Positions 1 through 4,201 of a stretch of 4,201 bases of DNA are shown one piece after another. Origin of the DNA: a virus (Duplodnaviria; Heunggongvirae; Uroviricota; Caudoviricetes); the IMG/VR virus record IMGVR_UViG_2648501150_000013, positions 1 to 4,201 of that record; one strand, 5' to 3'. Each line of letters opens with the position of its first letter. The first letter of the stretch is position 1. The notes beneath the pieces are model-generated. The model was not told the DNA's origin. It did not search any database and saw only the letters and a list, made by a program, of their open reading frames with translations. A program made the position numbers and the translations under genes.

Positions 1-560
1 TGGTTCCCAGCCTCATAGGCTACCCGCAACCAGTGCATGAATGTTTCCGCAGACACACAGCCGCAGTCCACATCGATTTCCCCGCGTTGCTGCTCCAGCC
101 ATTGCTCAAAATCTAACTTGTAAGCCTTACTTTCAGGTTCATCACCATTGAACTCGACTTTCTGCGACGCTATGAGAGCGGCTTCGTACTGTTCGCGAGT
201 GACAACCGATGTAAACGCACTGCGATCAAGGTCACTGATATCGCAAATAATGCCATCAATGGAATAATTCTTTGATGATTGGTAATTTTTATGGTGCGTA
301 CCAAAAAGAACCATAGCGCGACTACTACCTGGCATCGTAATGGATAGATGGCAAAAATCTTTTCCATCAGGCCATCCACGCCCCTTAGATAATTCCTTCA
401 CTAACAAGTCAATCAGTGTCATAGCGTTACCATCCTTGCAAGGCGCTAAAGCTATTTTGGCAAGCTCCAATACTTCATCTGCTGCGTATCCAGCACTGTG
501 ACCATACATTTCGATGCTGGTGATAATCTCTGATATGCGTTTTTTAGTGATTCTTGTCAT
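1..560 (-). CDS. Hypothetical prophage protein, partial (start codon at 560; C-terminus lies beyond the left window edge). Its C-proximal part is paralogous to the central module of the 1649..2161 gene.
   Basis: Manual translation of the minus strand from ATG at 560..558 gives an open frame with no stop to position 1 (MTRITKKRISEIITSIEMYGHSAGYAADEVLELAKIALAP...KLDFEQWLEQQRGEIDVDCGCVSAETFMHWLRVAYEAGN...). The ATG overlaps the TGA of the upstream gene (ATGA). It is missed by the ORF track because it has no stop inside the window. Confidence 0.7.
   Translation of the reverse strand, partial: MTRITKKRISEIITSIEMYGHSAGYAADEVLELAKIALAPCKDGNAMTLIDLLVKELSKGRGWPDGKDFCHLSITMPGSSRAMVLFGTHHKNYQSSKNYSIDGIICDISDLDRSAFTSVVTREQYEAALIASQKVEFNGDEPESKAYKLDFEQWLEQQRGEIDVDCGCVSAETFMHWLRVAYEAGN
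7..124. repeat. Diverged direct repeat, copy 1 (partner at 1878..1995).
   Basis: Ungapped alignment at a constant offset of 1871 nt. I counted about 80% identity over the 95 nt at 30..124. Both copies encode the FEQWLEQQ-x-G-x-IDVDCGCVS module of two different genes. Confidence 0.7.
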
Positions 561-766
561 AGTTTTATTTCCTTGCATGGTTCGCCTTTACGGCAAACAG
601 CTACACGGTCATTTCTTACATTAACCACGGTCACCGTTCCGTCATCGCATTGAATAACGATGAAAGGGTGTTCATTCTCTTTTGTGCAATGTTGCTGTTC
701 CCCTGCTATAACAGTGAGGGGAATTAATAAAATAATAATTACTGCGAATTTACTAAATGTTGCCAT
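557..766 (-). CDS. Small cysteine-containing protein (69 aa) with a predicted N-terminal signal peptide or membrane anchor; function unknown.
   Basis: ORF track. The N-terminus MATFSKFAVIIILLIPLTVIAG has a short charged n-region and a roughly 15-residue hydrophobic core; the remaining ~47 residues contain 4 Cys. The TGA stop overlaps the ATG of the next gene. The upstream SD is weak (AGAAAG). Confidence 0.6.
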   Translation of the reverse strand: MATFSKFAVIIILLIPLTVIAGEQQHCTKENEHPFIVIQCDDGTVTVVNVRNDRVAVCRKGEPCKEIKL

Positions 767-790
767 AGCAATCTTTCTTTCTGTTTTTCA

Positions 791-1084
791 TTATGGTTGA
801 ATCCAGTTATCTTCAATAGCAATGCTCAATCTTTGTAACCATTCTGCTAATTTCAGCATTGCTTCTCTTTCGCTTAAACCACGAGGAAAATCATCAAGCG
901 ATATTGTTGGCTTGAAGTTTCCCAAATTATCCATTTCAACGGTCAGATTTTGCTCCAGCACGGTATTCCTTACGCGGCTATTGTGCCGAAGCAAATATAC
1001 TGAACGTGATTTATTGGTTTTGTGGTCGAGCTGATATTCGGTAAGTATCATCTGGCTTCCGCCATGATTATTACCGCGCCACAT
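791..1084 (-). CDS. Hypothetical protein, 97 aa.
   Basis: ORF track. GGAG lies 5 nt upstream of the ATG at 1084. An alternative internal start at Met12 (MILTEYQ...) cannot be excluded. No family recognised. Confidence 0.6.
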   Translation of the reverse strand: MWRGNNHGGSQMILTEYQLDHKTNKSRSVYLLRHNSRVRNTVLEQNLTVEMDNLGNFKPTISLDDFPRGLSEREAMLKLAEWLQRLSIAIEDNWIQP

Positions 1085-1107
1085 AATTACTCCGTGTTAA
1101 TTGAAAT

Positions 1108-1389
1108 TTAGCTATTAATCTTCACTTTTATCGCGAACACCTTTACCGGTTTATCACCGAAGTGCGGATGTGTGATTGTCTTGATTTCATATCCGTCATA
1201 CGGAACATCAATTCTGCGGCTGGAATCGTCGCGCTTCGGATATCCCTTTGTGATAATCAGGCGGTCATACTTACGGTTAACGAGGCGCTTATTCCAGTAG
1301 TCATTACACAGGCGATACTCTTCCGTTTTATCTCCGCGAATCATGGCATCGAAGTATTCACCTTTGACGGCAAGTTGCAGGTTAGCCAT
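1108..1389 (-). CDS. ASCH-like (PUA-fold) small protein, 93 aa; start trimmed relative to the ORF track.
   Basis: A strong SD (GGAGGTGA) precedes the ATG at 1389..1387, so the start is set at MANLQLAVKGEYFDAMIRGDKTEEYR. The G-x-K-T-x-E-x-R motif near the N-terminus matches the ASCH-domain signature as I recall it (for example E. coli YqfB). The ATG overlaps the upstream TAA (TAATG). Confidence 0.6.
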   Translation of the reverse strand: MANLQLAVKGEYFDAMIRGDKTEEYRLCNDYWNKRLVNRKYDRLIITKGYPKRDDSSRRIDVPYDGYEIKTITHPHFGDKPVKVFAIKVKINS

Positions 1390-1649
1390 TACCTCACCTC
1401 CAGTCTCCATACCGCCTGACCAATCCGGCTGGCATGGGTATCTTTGGATACTGTTCCGTCTTTAGCCAGCTCCATAAGAATTTTGCGCAAATCTGCCGAG
1501 CGCCATTCTTCATCAGGAAATTCCTTCTCCATTGCCAACCGCAGATTCCAGGTTGCTATCGTGAATGGATATTCACCGCCGAGAGCTTTCTCTTGTAGGG
1601 CAGCACGGGAACGCATCACCTGCAAAACCTTCTCTTTTACATCCATCAT
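1389..1649 (-). CDS. Hypothetical protein, 86 aa; start trimmed relative to the ORF track.
   Basis: AAGGAGG lies 4 nt upstream of the ATG at 1649..1647 (MMDVKEKVLQ...). The ATG overlaps the TAA of the upstream DUF551-like gene (TAATG). The 24 codons upstream in the ORF track lie inside the preceding gene. Confidence 0.6.
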   Translation of the reverse strand: MMDVKEKVLQVMRSRAALQEKALGGEYPFTIATWNLRLAMEKEFPDEEWRSADLRKILMELAKDGTVSKDTHASRIGQAVWRLEVR

Positions 1650-2161
1650 TACGCCTCCTTCGGCGGTTCTGGTAGCGGCATCCAGTGTGACGGTTTCCAC
1701 GACGCACCAGGAATTATCCACCCATCATTAGCGTCAGGATGCCCGGGGATGTAAGTAGCCCATTTCATTCGCCAGTCACCTTTCCTGTCAAACTCCACGG
1801 CAACAAGAACGGCTGTTTTGGTATTCGGCATTCGCTCACTACAGCTTATCCAACCATCCGGAATTACCGGAGAGTTGCCAGCCTCATACGCCACACGCAT
1901 CCAGTGCAGAAGCATTTCAGTGCTCACACAGCCGCAATCAACATCAATTTTGCCGTGCTGCTGTTCCAGCCATTGCTCAAAAGTTAACTTGTAAGTTTGG
2001 CTTACAGGTTCTGCACTATCAGCTTCGCGCCGCTTCTGTAGCTCTGCTGCCATCGCTCTCACGACTTCAACTGGTGCCCTTGCAGCAAACTCTATGTTGG
2101 TGATCAGCTCATTAAGATATTGCTCGCCTGGATACTGTTTCTTATCGGTTATAGTGGTCAT
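1649..2161 (-). CDS. DUF551-like phage protein, 170 aa; start trimmed relative to the ORF track.
   Basis: AAGGAGAG lies 4 nt upstream of the ATG at 2161..2159 (MTTITDKKQYPGEQ...). The C-terminus (...GWIIPGASWKPSHWMPLPEPPKEA) resembles the conserved end of DUF551 prophage proteins as recalled; this needs an HMM check. The central module (FEQWLEQQHGKIDVDCGCVS...VAYEAGN) is shared with the partial gene at 1..560. Confidence 0.7.
   Translation of the reverse strand: MTTITDKKQYPGEQYLNELITNIEFAARAPVEVVRAMAAELQKRREADSAEPVSQTYKLTFEQWLEQQHGKIDVDCGCVSTEMLLHWMRVAYEAGNSPVIPDGWISCSERMPNTKTAVLVAVEFDRKGDWRMKWATYIPGHPDANDGWIIPGASWKPSHWMPLPEPPKEA
1878..1995. repeat. Diverged direct repeat, copy 2 (partner at 7..124).
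   Basis: See copy 1; lies inside the DUF551-like gene. Confidence 0.7.
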
Positions 2162-2210
2162 ATCACTCTCCTTTTCCCTGAAGCATAGCGGCACGGCAGG
2201 CATTCCACCC
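2159..2210. repeat. Direct repeat of about 52 nt, copy 1 (partner at 2812..2863), spanning a gene junction.
   Basis: catatcactctcc...gaagcatagcggc(a/g)cggcagg is near-identical in both copies, with compensating 1-nt indels. It covers the start codon of the downstream gene, the SD, the stop, and the last ~15 codons (GWNACRAAMLxGKGE) of paralogs A and B. Confidence 0.75.
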
Positions 2211-2540
2211 CTTCACATAACCGAACGCCATCAACTGATCACTCATGGCGGGCAGCATTGTGTGGGTCGTACTGATTTCTTCCGGCACTACCGGCGCTGG
2301 CGGGGCGATGCGTCCAAGCAACTTATTTACCTCTTTCGCCATCGCGTCATATTTATCTAAATGGCGATTAGCTTCTAAGCAGACTCGGCGCATCTGATCT
2401 GAGTTAACTCGTTTAACTGGATCTGCTTCCAGCGATGCCAGCGCAATCCGTGCCAGTTCCATTTGTTCACCACGGGTAAGCCCGTTTTCAAGCGGATTTT
2501 TAATGAACAATTCAATACGTTCTTTGGTAATAGTGGTCAT
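2163..2540 (-). CDS. Hypothetical phage protein, 125 aa (paralog A; possibly Ead/Ea22-like).
   Basis: ORF track. TAAGGAGT lies 5 nt upstream of the ATG at 2540. It shares three motif patches with the 2816..3229 gene (IALASLEA, PAPVVP, GWNACRAAMLxGKGE at the C-terminus). The Ea22-like label is from memory and is not verified. Confidence 0.7.
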   Translation of the reverse strand: MTTITKERIELFIKNPLENGLTRGEQMELARIALASLEADPVKRVNSDQMRRVCLEANRHLDKYDAMAKEVNKLLGRIAPPAPVVPEEISTTHTMLPAMSDQLMAFGYVKGWNACRAAMLQGKGE

Positions 2541-2550
2541 GTGTTACTCC

Positions 2551-2814
2551 TTAACCCGCAGTGCTTTCAACTGATGAGGGGAACAAAATCTTTTCATCAA
2601 ACCCTGCATTCATATCATGGACAGCAACACACCAATCCATTGACGAACGATTATCAAGAGCCTCCATGATTTCATCCATGCGGCGCAGGTCATACAGGTA
2701 AATGCTTTTATCGCCAATGGTGTAAAAACCAATTTTTTTCGGTGATGGGCAGCGATCAAGAACGTCCTGTAATTCGTTCAACCATGCCCGTTCTTTTTTT
2801 GTTAAAGTTGCCAT
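2551..2814 (-). CDS. Hypothetical protein, 87 aa; start trimmed relative to the ORF track.
   Basis: AAGGAGAG lies 4 nt upstream of the ATG at 2814..2812 (MATLTKKERAWLNELQDVL...). The ORF-track N-terminal extension would run through the C-terminus of the upstream gene. No family recognised. Confidence 0.6.
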   Translation of the reverse strand: MATLTKKERAWLNELQDVLDRCPSPKKIGFYTIGDKSIYLYDLRRMDEIMEALDNRSSMDWCVAVHDMNAGFDEKILFPSSVESTAG

Positions 2815-2863
2815 ATCACTCTCCTTTCCCATGAAGCATAGCGGCGCGGCAGGCGTTCCAGCC
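2812..2863. repeat. Direct repeat of about 52 nt, copy 2 (partner at 2159..2210).
   Basis: See copy 1. Confidence 0.75.
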
Positions 2864-3229
2864 TGTAGCGTATGCAGCCGCTTTGCTGCTGCCTTCAACT
2901 GGCGCATCCTGCCAATACATTTCATCCGGCACTACCGGCGCTGGCAAGGCAGCGTGATAGTAGAGTGGCATAGTTTTGTACAGTGGTTCGCCAGGACTTC
3001 CGTCAACCTGATTCCATTCTTCAACCCAGGCATCAACAACCGCTTTGCTGGTTGATACATGTTCTTCTGAATCTACATTTTGTCCTGATATACAGAACAT
3101 AACTGCCTCTGCTTCCAGCGATGCCAGAGCAATTTCATAAGCACGGCGCTCAATATTGTCTCGAACGTCCAAGCTGCCTATGCGCTCTTTGATTTCTTTA
3201 ATCAGTTCTTTGTCGGTAAAAGTGGTCAT
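2816..3229 (-). CDS. Hypothetical phage protein, 137 aa (paralog B; possibly Ead/Ea22-like); start trimmed relative to the ORF track.
   Basis: AAGGAGA lies 5 nt upstream of the ATG at 3229..3227 (MTTFTDKELIKEI...). The C-terminus ...ATGWNACRAAMLHGKGE and the internal IALASLEAE and PAPVVPDE patches match paralog A. Confidence 0.7.
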   Translation of the reverse strand: MTTFTDKELIKEIKERIGSLDVRDNIERRAYEIALASLEAEAVMFCISGQNVDSEEHVSTSKAVVDAWVEEWNQVDGSPGEPLYKTMPLYYHAALPAPVVPDEMYWQDAPVEGSSKAAAYATGWNACRAAMLHGKGE

Positions 3230-3230
3230 A

Positions 3231-3590
3231 TCAATCTCCTTTGGTACCAATGTTTACAGCCTGGCAAGCCTCTTTGAGCACCCAGTCAACAGCGTCTTTC
3301 CATGCTCCGGTTTCGACTGGCGGATTCTCACGCTTTACCTGTTCATAGAAACGCACTGCTTTAATCAATCCTTCTGGTGTCAGTGGCACAGGCGGGACAG
3401 TGAATAAGGCCTGAATCTCATAGCTCGGCCTGTCGTTGCAATCCTCTTTTGTCGGGACATATTTCCAGTCACCAACCCACTGCTTCCCCTGAAAGTCTGT
3501 AACGCCTTTTTTCACGTAGCGATATCGCCATGCCACTGGTTTTGCCTGCCCTGCCTTTTCATGCCCTTCCTGATAATTAATCTCGCTCAT
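3231..3590 (-). CDS. Hypothetical protein, 119 aa.
   Basis: ORF track. The ATG at 3590..3588 overlaps the TGA of the upstream small ORF (ATGA). The SD is weak. The protein ends ...GTKGD, immediately followed by the conserved junction and the next ATG. Confidence 0.6.
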   Translation of the reverse strand: MSEINYQEGHEKAGQAKPVAWRYRYVKKGVTDFQGKQWVGDWKYVPTKEDCNDRPSYEIQALFTVPPVPLTPEGLIKAVRFYEQVKRENPPVETGAWKDAVDWVLKEACQAVNIGTKGD

Positions 3591-3763
3591 TCATCGCCCC
3601 ACTCATCACAATATGCTTCGACCGGTGTTTTCCCTGCTTCATAATCATCACGCCATGCTTCAGCATCAGCGGCACTTCCACCGCGTAACTCTGCATAATC
3701 CATTAACAGTTCATGCCATTCTTCAAAACTGGCGTTATATTTAGTTGAACCAAAATCAGCCAT
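3587..3763 (-). CDS. Small acidic protein, 58 aa, not in the ORF track (below its length cutoff).
   Basis: Manual translation from ATG 3763..3761 to TGA 3589..3587 gives MADFGSTKYNASFEEWHELLMDYAELRGGSAADAEAWRDDYEAGKTPVEAYCDEWGDE, with 16 D/E against 4 K/R. GAGGAAG lies about 9 nt upstream. It fills the otherwise empty gap between two coupled genes, and its stop overlaps the next ATG. Confidence 0.5.
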   Translation of the reverse strand: MADFGSTKYNASFEEWHELLMDYAELRGGSAADAEAWRDDYEAGKTPVEAYCDEWGDE

Positions 3764-3938
3764 TTTGTTCTTCCTCTTCGTCTTTTATTTCGTGGTATGA
3801 GTAATTGCAGTAGTTAAAGAAAATATCTTTAGCTTCATCCTGTATTTCATCTGGTGTTGCATCATCATCCACTTCGAATTCATCCTCGAAATCTCCACCG
3901 GCTATTCCCGTTTCAATAATTATTTTGAATTTTCGCAT
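3756..3938 (-). CDS. Small highly acidic protein, 60 aa.
   Basis: ORF track. MRKFKIIIETGIAGGDFEDEFEVDDDATPDEIQDEAKDIFFNYCNYSYHEIKDEEEEQNG has 20 D/E against 5 K/R. There is no alternative in-frame start upstream, where an in-frame TAA lies. No canonical SD is close to the ATG, and a hairpin sits just upstream. Confidence 0.5.
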   Translation of the reverse strand: MRKFKIIIETGIAGGDFEDEFEVDDDATPDEIQDEAKDIFFNYCNYSYHEIKDEEEEQNG

Positions 3939-4028
3939 TTCACTACCGCCCTTTCGGACGGCCTCCTGATGTTCTGAGGGTGCAGGAATCCCTCCGGTTA
4001 AGGATTAAATTTTTAACAGAGCTAAATT
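3939..4028 (-). promoter_or_regulatory. Intergenic leader upstream of the acidic gene pair: an AT-rich stretch plus a stem-loop with a GNRA-type loop in the minus-strand transcript.
   Basis: This is the only intergenic gap longer than 25 nt in the window. Minus-strand RNA CCGUCC-GAAA-GGGCGG (plus coordinates 3944..3959) forms a 6-bp stem with one G-U wobble, which on the plus strand would be a C-A mismatch. A second 5-bp stem, GAGGG/CCCTC, lies at 3975..3993. An AT-rich segment spans about 4000..4028. Confidence 0.3.
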
Positions 4029-4201
4029 TAATTATTCAGTTCTGGATTTTGTCGCCCTGCGTATCCGCGCTTTCGCGTTACGCTCAATCTGAATTAGCTT
4101 TTCTATATTTTTTCGCCTTTCCCGCTCCTCCTGACGCAAGAGCCTTACATCATCTGCCAGTCTGGTTTCTCTTTTCGCCACAGAGAGCATCCAGTCAAAT
4201 G
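4029..4201 (-). CDS. Possible small basic protein, partial or about 53 aa, Lys/Arg/Glu-rich and coiled-coil-like.
   Basis: The minus-strand frame is open from the right window edge to TAA at 4031..4029 (...MLSVAKRETRLADDVRLLRQEERERRKNIEKLIQIERNAKARIRRATKSRTE). A candidate ATG sits at 4190..4188, but the true start may lie outside the window. The composition is low-complexity, so this could be chance. Confidence 0.3.

Noticed and set aside
170-379. Minus-strand 69-aa ORF from the six-frame track.
   Set aside because: It lies entirely inside the longer uninterrupted reading frame of the partial gene at 1..560, in a different frame, and has no SD. It is most likely an out-of-frame artefact.
1390-3250. 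N-terminal extensions of the track ORFs 1108..1410, 1389..1721, 1649..2203, 2551..2925 and 2816..3250.
   Set aside because: The extended starts run into the coding end of the upstream gene and lack an SD. In each case an internal ATG with a strong SD at 4-7 nt spacing lies at or 1 nt after the upstream stop, so the shorter coupled starts are preferred.
822-3407. Eight plus-strand ORFs from the track (822..1034, 1162..1419, 1444..1731, 1739..1987, 2094..2360, 2463..2669, 2831..3055, 3156..3407).
   Set aside because: Each is antisense to a well-supported minus-strand gene with an SD and translational coupling. The products are low-complexity and Cys/Ser/Arg-rich, with no convincing RBS. They are typical shadow ORFs.
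3975-3993. GAGGG-9nt-CCCTC stem-loop as a possible rho-independent terminator.
   Set aside because: No U-tract follows the stem on the minus-strand transcript, and the T-run on the plus strand is more than 10 nt away. The stem is only 5 bp.
3939-4028. A sigma70 promoter call in the AT-rich intergenic segment.
   Set aside because: Only weak -10-like hexamers (TAAAAA, TTTAAT) are present, with no convincing -35 at 16-18 nt spacing. The operon may be driven by an upstream promoter outside the window, so it is reported only as a low-confidence regulatory region.
1-4201. CRISPR array, tRNA or rRNA, IS element or transposase, integrase or attachment site.
   Set aside because: There are no regularly spaced short repeats, no cloverleaf-like or rRNA-like segments, no long ORF with recombinase features and no terminal inverted repeats. 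The repeats present are intragenic paralog modules.

Overview
The window is a densely packed, unidirectional block of about twelve small minus-strand genes, with no convincing plus-strand genes. Most junctions carry a Shine-Dalgarno-like motif, and several are translationally coupled (ATGA or TAATG overlaps, or a stop, one nucleotide, then ATG). This layout is typical of the early accessory region of a lambdoid-type enterobacterial prophage, but that assignment is inference from architecture, since no integrase, repressor, structural or lysis gene is present. I found no rRNA, tRNA, CRISPR array or IS element. Recognisable content is limited to a DUF551-like C-terminal domain, an ASCH-like small protein, a signal-peptide-bearing cysteine-containing small protein, and a mosaic paralog family. 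The most interesting candidates are two adjacent, strongly acidic 58-60 aa proteins that could be DNA-mimic anti-defence factors. All functional calls rest on reading the sequence and on motif recall; no database search was run.
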